Shown here in pieces: positions 29,944 to 38,669 of a stretch of 64,000 bases of DNA. The stretch's first letter is position 1; the number at the start of each line of letters is the position of its first letter. The DNA is from Nitrospirota bacterium. Its GTDB lineage: Bacteria > Nitrospirota > Nitrospiria > Nitrospirales > Nitrospiraceae. The position numbers and the translations under genes are program-made. The stretch spans positions 80,491-144,490 of the forward strand of contig CAVZKI010000007.1 of NCBI GenBank assembly GCA_963775905.1, in the 5' to 3' direction. Below the pieces are notes generated by a model, which was not told the origin of the DNA, did not search any database, and saw only the letters and a program-made list of their open reading frames with translations.

Positions 29944-30285
29944 TTAACAGGATGCTGAAAAAGCCCGCCAGCAGCGTTCTCACATCGTTCAGACCCTCAA
30001 CGTACCAAATGAGATTCTCGGAGATCGGAAGCGCTGGAGGGGCTTTTCCGTTCGCCAAGATCCATTCTAGGGGCGAACGGCCCACACGAAGTGCGGTTTG
30101 TACCTCCTCGGCCCTTCACTCGCTGCGGCCTTGCTCGGGACAAGGCGCGTCTCGGCGCGCCGGGGTTGGGCGGGTGAGAAGTCTGGCCCTTTTGAGCATC
30201 CTGCGAGGGTGTTCTGCTCTTGTCCCAGACGTGCAGGCTATCGAAGTTCTGCTGTGCCGAAATGGTTTTCCCGCAGCCTGTTAAG
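29944..30285 (+). repeat. Family A nested-hairpin repeat, long form (342 bp)
   Basis: TTAACAGGATGCTGAAAAAG ... CTTTTGAGCATCCTGC ... CCTGTTAA. Carries two extra internal modules (87 nt and 45 nt) relative to 17384-17595. The first 280 nt or so are roughly 95% identical by eye to the inverted copy at 55011-55350. Confidence 0.9.
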
Positions 30286-30640
30286 AGGGAGTCGCCGGAC
30301 TGTCCTTCACTGCGCACATCGACCGACCGTCATCCTTCTCAATGATCCTTCCAAGCTTGCTTGGTTTTCCTAGCTTGGAAGGGCACGCATGTTGGTCTAC
30401 CTGCGGCCGTCGAACGAGGCCCTTCTCAGGGCGCGCGTTACGGGAGCACAGGACCAACGTGGGTGTCCTTCCAATCCTTTTTATCGTGGGGGCTCTGCGA
30501 GCACAGAGACCATGCCAGCCGCTCGCTCGTATTCTTACTTTAAAATGGGTGTGCCATACGATTTCCGCAATCTGGCTCCTTTCGCCCATCGAGGGAGGGT
30601 TGACCGAGCATCCCTATCGGCGTAGCATATTCTCCTGACG
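30286..30640. repeat. Composite family D repeat
   Basis: TCACTGCGCACATCGACCGACC, CCTTCCAAGCTTGCTTGG, GGCACGCATGTTGGTCTACCTGCGGCCGTCGAACGAG and GGGCTCTGCGAGCACAGAGACCATGCCAGCCGCTC modules. Confidence 0.75.
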
Positions 30641-30789
30641 TTCCAGTGACGGTGGCTGATGTCTCGTCCGCACGCTCCTGCCCGTCATCCTGCGCGCCGG
30701 ATCTCGCACAGTCTCCTTCACTCCTACGCCAGATTCTTTGTCGTAGAGCATCCACGCCCGGATGCGGATCCTTTGGAACGAGGGTCCTC

Positions 30790-31296
30790 ATGGTGACTGT
30801 CGGCCGCCGAGTCCTCCTTCCCTCCTTGGCACCGATCCTTGTGCCAGCTGTCTTCTCCGTGCTCGCACCGAATCCCATTCAGGCCGGTGAGACTCCGTCC
30901 TTTCTGCTGGCTACCGCTGCGCCTACCGAACGTGTCTCTCCGTCGATCGCCTGGCTGGACGAGCTTGAGCACAGGCTGACGACGTACTTCACGAAGAAAT
31001 ATCCCGCGTACGATTTCTCACCGTACGCGCAGGAACTGGACCGAATCCATGGTGCGATCAGCCTGGGGGATCGGTGGGGCGCAAAGCGGGAGATGGGAGT
31101 GTTTCTCAAAATGCTGGCAATTCATGCCTATGGGCTGGGGGACGATGCGGCCGAGGAATTGGCCGTGCTTTCGCGACGAATCATGCCGGACGAGGAGTTC
31201 GGCATTGTCTATCCCGGATCGGAAACCGAGCCGCCAACGGAAGGAGATCATGCCGGAGATTGCAGTGAACGTCCGAACAGCAGGGGGAGGATCTGA
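30790..31296 (+). CDS. Secreted protein of unknown function
   Basis: ATG 30790, signal peptide MVTVGRRVLLPSLAPILVPAVFSVLAPNPIQA. Confidence 0.55.
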   Translation: MVTVGRRVLLPSLAPILVPAVFSVLAPNPIQAGETPSFLLATAAPTERVSPSIAWLDELEHRLTTYFTKKYPAYDFSPYAQELDRIHGAISLGDRWGAKREMGVFLKMLAIHAYGLGDDAAEELAVLSRRIMPDEEFGIVYPGSETEPPTEGDHAGDCSERPNSRGRI

Positions 31297-31298
31297 TC

Positions 31299-31556
31299 AT
31301 GGCTTCGCATACACCTGTCACTGATCGCATTCTCGGCACAGTCCAACGCACGCATGGGTGCGATCTGGATACGTTGACGAAGAGTCTCTCCGACCTGTCC
31401 TGGAGCCAGGTTTTTCTTGAAGTCGATCGGCTGAGCCGGGATGGACAGGTGCTGGTGACATTCGATACCAGAGGTCCCTACATGATCTGGCTGCCGGAGC
31501 ATAAGGAGGGACTCCACGACCCACCACGTCCGGCCATGATCAACGAAGGGGGTTGA
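31299..31556 (+). CDS. Small protein, possible FeoC-like winged helix
   Basis: Starts 2 nt after the preceding stop. The L..v......D..tL...L......V...vdrLsrdG.v pattern is only a weak resemblance. Confidence 0.4.
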   Translation: MASHTPVTDRILGTVQRTHGCDLDTLTKSLSDLSWSQVFLEVDRLSRDGQVLVTFDTRGPYMIWLPEHKEGLHDPPRPAMINEGG

Positions 31557-31774
31557 GCACAGGGCCATGAAGAGTCGGACAACCTGATCCGTGCGCGCTG
31601 GCTGCCGTGGCTACTTATGATTCCCCCTCTAAGCTTGCACGCTTCTCATATTAAGGTTACCCCGATTAGTCTCCCACTGCGCTCGTCCGACGATATGAAT
31701 GATCCTGCCAGTCTCGCTCGCCTATCCTGCGTGAGTGTTTTCCCGCAGCCTGCTAGATCCAAGGAGGCAGACGC

Positions 31775-32482
31775 GTGATGTTCCGCAATCGCGAAGAAGC
31801 AGGCCGGATGCTGGCCGATGAGCTGAGTCACTACCGCAACGATCCAACGGCGTTGATTCTGGCTCTTCCGCGCGGCGGTGTGGCTGTGGGTTATCAACTC
31901 AGCCTCGCCCTCCACGTCCCGCTCGATGTGTTTATGACGCGCAAGATCGGGGCGCCGGGCAATCCTGAGTATGCACTTGGGGCAGTGGCCGAGACGGGAT
32001 CGCGCTATTTGAATCAAGAGGCGGTCAGCTCGTTTGGCTTATCCCAGGATGAGCTGGACCGGTTGATTCAGGTACAAGAGCAAGAGATTGCCAGGCGCAC
32101 GGACCTGTACCGGCAGGGACGGCTGCTCCCGCCACTCACGGGCCGCACCGTGCTTTTGGTGGACGACGGCATCGCCACCGGTTCGACGTTCCTGGCCTCG
32201 GCACTCGCGATCCGAGGCTTGCAGCCTCACCGCCTGGTGGGAGTGATTCCGGTCGGACCCCCGTCAACGATCCGTGAAGTCCGCGCCCGTGTGGACGAGT
32301 TGGTGGTGCTCATGACCCCGGAGCCGTTCGCGGCCGTTGGGAATTTCTTCATGGACTTCACACAAGTCGAGGATCGCGACGTCGTGGAATACCTCAATCT
32401 GGCCGAGGAGGCACTGCTCGAACGCGCGCCCTCGGCACCAGCCTCATCAGACGTCCGGTCAGCCAAGGAAGGAACGCCATAA
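31775..32482 (+). CDS. Phosphoribosyltransferase family protein
   Basis: FRNREEAG start typical of this family. PRPP-binding loop TVLLVDDGIATGST. Confidence 0.8.
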   Translation: MMFRNREEAGRMLADELSHYRNDPTALILALPRGGVAVGYQLSLALHVPLDVFMTRKIGAPGNPEYALGAVAETGSRYLNQEAVSSFGLSQDELDRLIQVQEQEIARRTDLYRQGRLLPPLTGRTVLLVDDGIATGSTFLASALAIRGLQPHRLVGVIPVGPPSTIREVRARVDELVVLMTPEPFAAVGNFFMDFTQVEDRDVVEYLNLAEEALLERAPSAPASSDVRSAKEGTP

Positions 32483-32483
32483 C

Positions 32484-32600
32484 ATGTCCATCCATGCCAA
32501 GATCCCGTCAGGGTTGGGAGCGCGCAGAGACCAAACATATCACGAGGACGAACACGACACCTATAAACTGCAGGGGAAGCTCAAGGAGCCCACGGGAGCA
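32484..32600 (+). pseudogene. 5' fragment of a BCAM0308/NMD3-like gene
   Basis: MSIHAKIPSGLGARRDQTYHEDEHDTYKLQGKLKEPT fits the N terminus of that family as I remember it. The expected Cys-rich continuation is absent and similarity ends at a 36-nt repeat. Confidence 0.35.
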
Positions 32601-32765
32601 ATCGCCGCAGATTGGCAGGGGCCAGGATCGAAGGAGTGCCGGCAGAGAAGGGGTCACCTCAACCTGACCCCGTTTGCATGACCAGGGCAGGCGCGTCTTG
32701 GGAAAACGATTGCGAAGCGATCGAAGGTCGGGCGGGAAAGAATGGGCACGTTCTTCACCAGACGG

Positions 32766-33959
32766 CTAGCGATAGCCGTTTTGGAACACGTACATCGGGT
32801 TAATCACGGTCACGACGATCTTCTCCGCGGTGGTGAATCCGTCCTTCCTCATTTCCTGGGTGGCAAGAAATATTCCTTCTCCAAGAATTGAGCCCACGAC
32901 CGGCGTGACGATGAGATCGTTGATGCTGGGTTGTTCCGACCAGCTTTCGATGAAATATTCGAATGCCGTCGACATGAAAGTGGAGAAGAGGAAAGAGTAC
33001 AGGGGACTCTCTCCGTAGTTGCGCTGAGAGAGATAGAATTGCGCGCCGAAATAGGGATGCCCCAGGTAATTGACAGCCGGGTTATCCGTGTCGAAGACAG
33101 GTGGCTTGGTCCATGCGTCTTTGAAACTGTTCCAGGATTCCTCATATTGATGTCCATCTTTGGTTGTTCCAGTGAACGAACTGGGGGCCAAGGCATAGAC
33201 ACCGATGCCGACGAGACTCGCCACCGTGAAAACCGCGAAGGTTTTCACGGTGTGGTGGGGCGGGGGCGGACCGATCTCCGGAAGCTTGGATCTCTCGGCG
33301 GGCAGGCTCGCGGGTTCGGGATGCAGGAGAGGCTGGTCGCGAAATCCGGCGGATGTGTTGCGGAACGGTCCTGACGAGACCCGCTCACCGAGCGCCAGGA
33401 ACGCGCTGTCAGGCAACCGCAGTTCCATCTCGTACCCTGCGGAAGGAACCGTGCGATGGTAGAGCCACGACTGCCGAAGCGGAGGTCGGAGAGGTGCCAG
33501 GTCATCTCCGAGAGCCTTCACAACGGGAGGTCGGAGGCTCCAGATTTCGGGAGCCCTGATCGAGACTTCGTCAGACATGGGTATGATGGAACCGACGCGC
33601 AACCTTGCCAGGGTTCGGACGATCAGGCCTGAAGACTTCCCTGCGAAGTCGGACTCAGGAACAAAGCTCGCAGAGAGATCGTTGCCATCCGAAGTTGACT
33701 GAGCGGGACCGGACATCGGCAATGAGGCAGAGTGATTGGGGATCGAGAGGTCTGGGTCGAGCTCGCGAGGCAGCGATCCCCTGTCAATGCTCTCTCCCAT
33801 CTTTGGAGTGCGGAGCGCCGCGTCCTCTCCAGTGGCACAACCCGACACGCCCGCCAGCATGATCACCAACAGGATGAGAAGGGCGGGTCTGCCTCCGGCG
33901 CTGCGTGCGTCACTGGTATGAGGAAGCCACCGGTATCGTGAAGGAACTTTGTTACGCAT
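32766..33959 (-). CDS. Lipoprotein with C-terminal DUF3943-like domain
   Basis: ATG 33959, lipobox LAGVSGC. C-terminal FDTDNPAVNYLGHPYFGAQFY ... WSEQPSINDLIVTPVVGSILGE. Confidence 0.65.
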   Translation of the reverse strand: MRNKVPSRYRWLPHTSDARSAGGRPALLILLVIMLAGVSGCATGEDAALRTPKMGESIDRGSLPRELDPDLSIPNHSASLPMSGPAQSTSDGNDLSASFVPESDFAGKSSGLIVRTLARLRVGSIIPMSDEVSIRAPEIWSLRPPVVKALGDDLAPLRPPLRQSWLYHRTVPSAGYEMELRLPDSAFLALGERVSSGPFRNTSAGFRDQPLLHPEPASLPAERSKLPEIGPPPPHHTVKTFAVFTVASLVGIGVYALAPSSFTGTTKDGHQYEESWNSFKDAWTKPPVFDTDNPAVNYLGHPYFGAQFYLSQRNYGESPLYSFLFSTFMSTAFEYFIESWSEQPSINDLIVTPVVGSILGEGIFLATQEMRKDGFTTAEKIVVTVINPMYVFQNGYR

Positions 33960-34162
33960 GAGGGAGAAAGGAGGCACAGATTGGCCGCTCAAGACGTTCA
34001 CGACGATCCTTGAAGGGTGGACGTTCTCTTTCAAGACGACAACGTTGCTCATGCTAAGCCAGTGTCAACCAACCACTGCGGCCGGACCAATAAGAGAGGT
34101 GGGTGGCAGCGACTGACCATTGGAAGAATGATGATCGAGGCGGGCAACCGTCTCTCACCCAG

Positions 34163-34483
34163 TCATTTAGATGGTCGCTGAGGAGGTGATGTTTCGCGAA
34201 ATGCTTGCAGATAGAGCGAGCACTGTTCTTTGGCGTCAGTGGGAGAAGTTTCGTGCTTCTTCAGACATTCACGGTAACCCGCGAGCTGCCGTGTCAATTC
34301 CTCTCGATAGGCTGTTTCTGCCTGCAACCGACGATATTCCTGGCATTGCAGCGCGACATTCCCTGACCAGAACGTGTCACTCGGGAGTGATCCGCAGTCA
34401 CTGGTGGTGGTGTACTGCACGCTTGTGCATCCCAGTACACCAAGGAACAGGAGTGGAAGATAGCGAAACACGTGTAGGTCCAT
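34163..34483 (-). CDS. Small lipoprotein of unknown function
   Basis: ATG 34483, signal peptide MDLHVFRYLPLLFLGVLGC. Confidence 0.5.
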   Translation of the reverse strand: MDLHVFRYLPLLFLGVLGCTSVQYTTTSDCGSLPSDTFWSGNVALQCQEYRRLQAETAYREELTRQLAGYRECLKKHETSPTDAKEQCSLYLQAFRETSPPQRPSK

Positions 34484-34576
34484 ATATGTCCTCCATTCGA
34501 TCGAGCGTGGTAGTGGCCGGCGCAATCTTCTATCAAAGAACCAACCGGCATGCAAGAGAATTGGGCCTAGCGCTAT

Positions 34577-34650
34577 CCCGCATTATTCATGACGGTTCGT
34601 CGCGAAATCGCTGAGCCGTATCGCGAAACCAGCGCGACTGCGCTCTCACC
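34577..34650 (-). mobile_element. Partial copy of the 190-bp MITE-like element found at 57927-58116
   Basis: CCCGCATTATTCATGACGGTTCGTCGCGAAATCGCTGAGCCG matches the reverse complement of 58073-58115. No second terminal repeat was seen. Confidence 0.7.
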
Positions 34651-35055
34651 CATGAAGGCCAGGGCTTGAAGTACGTGCCGGATCCGGCCCTCGAACAGTT
34701 GATTGAATTGGGCCATGGAGCTCGATCTTGTGAGAGCCGCCGGGGTTGCTCTGGGCCAGTTCGACGTGACCATGTCGAAAATCTCTCAGACTTCCGCACG
34801 GAGCCGCTGAACAAAAACGCGCCGCCCCTGCTGCTTCAGCCGGCTCACAGTCCTGTGCAAAAGTAGAGCCCACGCTGTGTCCACCGCCGTAAGACCGGCA
34901 CCGTCGCAGGTGAGTTGTCGCCCGGCAGGCCAGACCACCCTATCCACTATCCGTTCGACCTCCGCCACGTGGGGCAACGTCCAGACCCACTGACAGAGAT
35001 AGGTCTGGTCTTCGCCGATCCTGATGGTAGGCTCCCTCGCTTTCCTTCTGCTCAA
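34620..35055 (-). pseudogene. Truncated STAS-domain / MlaE-type ABC permease gene
   Basis: STAS-like ORF 34786..35055 (…LTCDGAGLTAVDTAWALLL…) then, in another frame, a MlaE-like N terminus (…RIRHVLQALAFMGESAVAL). This ends in the partial MITE. Confidence 0.45.
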
Positions 35056-35082
35056 TTCGCTTCATGTGCTGGTTGCCATGTC

Positions 35083-36078
35083 CTAAAAGAGCAAGTACAA
35101 GCCGATCCCGACGCTCTGGATCTTTTGGGCGTAAAACTGGCCATACGGATTGTAGCCCCAATAGTAGTTGACAAGCAGACGCAGGCGCCTGGTTTTGCCC
35201 GGCCGGAACAATTCAAGGCCTCCTTCGACATTCGAATTAATGAGCCAGTTAAGCTCCTCAAACGCTTTAAAATCTGCCCCGAATACCGGGGTCGCGATCA
35301 ACCCGCCTGTGAGCGTCTGCTCTAACAGGGGCGAACGAATCTCAGGCCCGCGCAGCTCGACACCCCACTGCGCTTTGAGCCGATCAATGCTCTCCGGTTT
35401 CCGATGAATAAGATACCCGCCCCCCCCATAGATTCGGCCCCATCCGCCTGGCGTGTTGAACGACAGGATCCCATCGATTTCTTCGAAGCTCAACTCTATC
35501 GCGTTGTACCCCGGTCTGTTCAAGAGGAACTGGTCTCCCAGGTGGCTGCTCTGGTGGTAGATGCGCGCCCGTGCGGAGACGAATTCATTCCGCCATGACA
35601 CCGGCACCCCGAAGAGAAAATCCGTATTGATGAGCTCGGTCGGTCCGCCCAGATTGAACTGCGAGAACGCGCCCATCAACAGACCGACCTGCGTTCCATC
35701 ACACGATCCTTCTTTGCGACGGCTCCAGAGGCCGAAGTTTTCTCCCAATGCGACCGAGCCCATAGTGTGCGAGGTATTCGATTCCAGTACCTGAGTCTGC
35801 TGTATGGTCGCGAAGGTTTGCGGTTGCTTCGGATCGGCCAACAAGGGGCGAAAGACATCGCCGTCTGGCAAGAACACGTTTTCCCACACGGTCTTCTCCT
35901 GTTCAGGGTGACTCACCGAGGTCGGATTGAAGCGGCAATCCACGTCCAGCCGATCCTTTCCCCCCGTTACAGGATCCGCTCCTGCGACGGACGCCAGGAA
36001 AAACCACGCCGTGCACGCCCACAACCACGCAACCGCCCGGCTAGTGCGCCGCCATGATGTCCTTGAGGTCCGCTCCAC
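35083..36078 (-). CDS. DUF1207-family outer-membrane protein
   Basis: Signal peptide, FRPLLADPKQPQ and HQSSHLGDQF motifs, C-terminal ...GIGLYLLF. Confidence 0.75.
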   Translation of the reverse strand: MERTSRTSWRRTSRAVAWLWACTAWFFLASVAGADPVTGGKDRLDVDCRFNPTSVSHPEQEKTVWENVFLPDGDVFRPLLADPKQPQTFATIQQTQVLESNTSHTMGSVALGENFGLWSRRKEGSCDGTQVGLLMGAFSQFNLGGPTELINTDFLFGVPVSWRNEFVSARARIYHQSSHLGDQFLLNRPGYNAIELSFEEIDGILSFNTPGGWGRIYGGGGYLIHRKPESIDRLKAQWGVELRGPEIRSPLLEQTLTGGLIATPVFGADFKAFEELNWLINSNVEGGLELFRPGKTRRLRLLVNYYWGYNPYGQFYAQKIQSVGIGLYLLF

Positions 36079-36326
36079 CCATCACCTCTTTCTCAAGCAG
36101 AAGCTTGGTGCCTCGGACAAGGGCACTGTGGTTCTCTGCCAGCAGCCGCTGAAAAAAAGTACCCGCGCCGTTGCAGCAAGGACACCGCCACCATCGGCAC
36201 TTCGAGATCCGCAGCCGAGCGAATTGTGTCGCCGGCGAGCACACCAAGCCCTCCCGAATCGGTCGGCATCCCAGATTCAAGACCGATCTCCATGGAAAAG
36301 TACGCGACGAACGGTGGTTGCACCAT
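36041..36326 (-). pseudogene. Chimeric remnant: 5' end of alpha-glucan phosphorylase fused to an FtsH-like 3' end
   Basis: [52 protein letters not shown] (GlgP N terminus). After a T7 run (A7 on the + strand, 36152-36158) comes [36 protein letters not shown], which resembles an FtsH C terminus. Confidence 0.55.
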
Positions 36327-36512
36327 GAACTAACTCAACGTCCAATGAATCCGGTCGCCCACGTAGTGCGTGATCGCAATCACGCTGACGCCAATGACTC
36401 AATGCTACGCGATGACTTTCCAGGCCGGGATCTGCTGGGCCCGCGCCAAGTGAGGGCTCGGCACTGCGAGCAGCGTGAGGCCCCACACAATGCTCACAGT
36501 CATGGCCTCTTC

Positions 36513-36763
36513 TAGCAGGATGCTGAAAAAGTGGCTCTTCTCACCTGCCCGACCCCGGCGCGTCGAGACGCGCCCTTTCCCATGCGGCGTTCTCGCTTTG
36601 CTCAGAAGCTCAACGTACCGAAGCGTACGCCTTCGCCTCTTCGCTCGCTGCGGCCTTGCTGGACAAACTATTTGAGCATCCTGCGCGGTGTTTTCCTGTT
36701 GTCCTAGATGTGCAGACCATTGAATTTCCACCGTGCCACAATAGTTTTTCCGCAGCCTGCGAG
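36513..36763 (+). repeat. Family A nested-hairpin repeat
   Basis: TAGCAGGATGCTGAAAAAG ... CGTAC-cgaagc-GTACG ... TATTTGAGCATCCTGC ... CCTGCGAG. The GGCGCG..CGCGCC module is inserted in the 5' arm. Confidence 0.85.
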
Positions 36764-36945
36764 GAGCCTGTCCGACATTGACCGTTCTACTGCGGCGAAC
36801 GATCTGCGACCATCTGCATCGTGCTCGGCCCGAAACAATCCTCAATGTATTCGAGCGAATACACCTCCAGTTTTCCGGGCCTGCGGCCTCGCATCTGGCC
36901 GCACCTCCTGCGCCTCGTCACTAGCGGCAATGTCGGACAGGCTCC
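36763..36945. repeat. Family B nested-hairpin repeat, copy 2 (183 bp)
   Basis: Arms GGAGCCTGTCCGACATTG / CAATGTCGGACAGGCTCC. Inner GTATTC-gagc-GAATAC. Confidence 0.85.
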
Positions 36946-37092
36946 TCGCGGCAACAGCAGCACCGGCACGACAGTCAGAAATCTGCAAAAGCGGAACTAG
37001 GTATCTGACGGGGAACAGCCACGGGCGACTGTTCACAAGATAACAAGAATCGTTGCCGCAGATTGGCAGGAGCCAGGATCGAAGGACCATGC

Positions 37093-37764
37093 CTACTTCA
37101 CCTTGGAGAAATCAGCAACGATTCTCGCCTCAGTTCCGTCCTGAAGATTCACGACGAAAACGGACGTCGCAGTGGGATCAAATTTTTCATAGGCAAACAA
37201 TGCGGTAAAGCGTGACCGGTAGATCGGCCCGCTTCCCTCATTCTTTCGGCCACGTTCGGCTTTTCCGATGTCGATGGGCTTGATCTTCCTAGAGCCCTGT
37301 TGCAACTCGATCAAGGCACCCTCTGCAAAGTATTCGTCATCGCCACACAGCTGAACTTCAATCTCCATATTGGGCATGTCCACGACTTTTTTGATGAACT
37401 CCTCGGGCATGCGCACATCCGTCTTCCGCTTCTTGGACTCTGCCGCTTCCTGCCGGCCAAAGGCTTCAAGGCGATAGCGCTTGGTCCGGAGGATGGCACT
37501 GGCTCCGCAGGGATCTTTCTCTGGATCAGCTCCCACGCGCGTGACCATAGAGGCTTGCTGAAGGACCTTCTTAACGTCTTCCGGGGTGTTGGCCTTCTCC
37601 ATCGGCGCCCGCCCTGCTTCCAAGATCTTCTGCGCCTCTTCTACGGATAGATTCACATCGATCGCCAAGACCGGCTGGAGACAGACGACCGTCAACAGGC
37701 CCACGACCGCACAGGTGGCGACACCACCAGCTCGCACCACTGATGTCAGGCATCGCACGCTCAT
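37093..37764 (-). CDS. Secreted protein of unknown function
   Basis: Signal peptide ...VVGLLTVVCLQPVLA. No recognised domain. Confidence 0.55.
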   Translation of the reverse strand: MSVRCLTSVVRAGGVATCAVVGLLTVVCLQPVLAIDVNLSVEEAQKILEAGRAPMEKANTPEDVKKVLQQASMVTRVGADPEKDPCGASAILRTKRYRLEAFGRQEAAESKKRKTDVRMPEEFIKKVVDMPNMEIEVQLCGDDEYFAEGALIELQQGSRKIKPIDIGKAERGRKNEGSGPIYRSRFTALFAYEKFDPTATSVFVVNLQDGTEARIVADFSKVK

Positions 37765-37776
37765 TACTTCCTCCCT

Positions 37777-37980
37777 AACAGGCTGCGGAATAACTAAGTA
37801 GACATGTTAGAACGTAGATGGTCCGCACGTGTGACTCAACGGAAGCATACTTCCGCAGGATGCTCAACAAGGCCGTTCAGCAAGGCCGCAGCAAGCGAAA
37901 AGGCGCGGCGTATGCTTCGGGACGTTGAGTCTCTGAGCGATGCGAGAACGCCGCTGGCGGACTTTTTCAGCATCCTGCGA
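37777..37980 (-). repeat. Family A nested-hairpin repeat (inverted orientation)
   Basis: + strand reads TAACAGGCTGCGG ... CCGCAGGATGCTCAACAAGG ... GGCGGACTTTTTCAGCATCCTGCG. Confidence 0.85.
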
Positions 37981-38036
37981 AACAAGACGACGAATGATGG
38001 GGCCGCATTGTAAAGAAACCCCTTACCCCTTTGCAA

Positions 38037-38669
38037 TCAGCCTGGAAAGCGGGCCCAGTTGGCATAGGGCTTGATGACATAGAGTTCGTCGAGATCGACC
38101 TGCACTCTCACCCCGGCTTGCGCAAGCAGCTGAGAGACCAGGCGGAGCGGCAGGCCGACCACGGTCGGAAAATCTCCGCCAATGGAATCGATCAGGTCAC
38201 CACCCTCTCCTTGGATCGAGTACGCACCGGCCTTGCCTAGACTATCTCCCGTCGCGAGGTAATGTTCGTGCACGTGTTCATCGAACGGCTTCATCCGAAC
38301 GACGGCCGTGGACAGGGCGACGACGTTTATCGCGCAAGCTGAACAGACGAGCGAGACCGCCGTGCGTACGTGATGATCACGGCCGGCCAGGCGCCGAAGC
38401 ATCGCGCGGGCCTCCGCCAGATCGGCCGGTTTCCCGAGTACGTCATGATCCAACTCAATCACCGTATCGCTCCCCAGCACGATCGCCTCCGGCTCTTGCC
38501 TCGCGACCGACTGGGCCTTGCCCTGCGCGAAGGACTGCACCTGCTCGATCGCCGGCCGGTCCGCCACCATCCGCTCCTCGAAGGATGGGTGTTTGACGTC
38601 GAATGGGATACCCAGTAGGGCGAGCAACTCGCGACGGCGCGGAGAGGTTGAAGCCAGAATGAGTGGCAT
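38037..38669 (-). CDS. maf: Maf-family nucleoside triphosphate pyrophosphatase
   Basis: MPLILASTSPRRRELL start, GKAGAYSIQG motif. Confidence 0.9.
   Translation of the reverse strand: MPLILASTSPRRRELLALLGIPFDVKHPSFEERMVADRPAIEQVQSFAQGKAQSVARQEPEAIVLGSDTVIELDHDVLGKPADLAEARAMLRRLAGRDHHVRTAVSLVCSACAINVVALSTAVVRMKPFDEHVHEHYLATGDSLGKAGAYSIQGEGGDLIDSIGGDFPTVVGLPLRLVSQLLAQAGVRVQVDLDELYVIKPYANWARFPG

Noticed and set aside
29952-30284. Possible conserved small protein encoded inside family A repeats (MLKK.AS.VL.S.RPSTY..., ATG inside CAGGATGCTG). The 87-nt and 45-nt module insertions both preserve the frame.
   Set aside because: Stops are not conserved. Copy 36513 terminates at the TTTGAGC arm and copy 17384 reads on into flanking DNA. 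Copy 55011 needs two compensating indels. The substitution pattern is compensatory base-pairing rather than synonymous change. The frame-preserving insert lengths are noted but are most simply coincidence.
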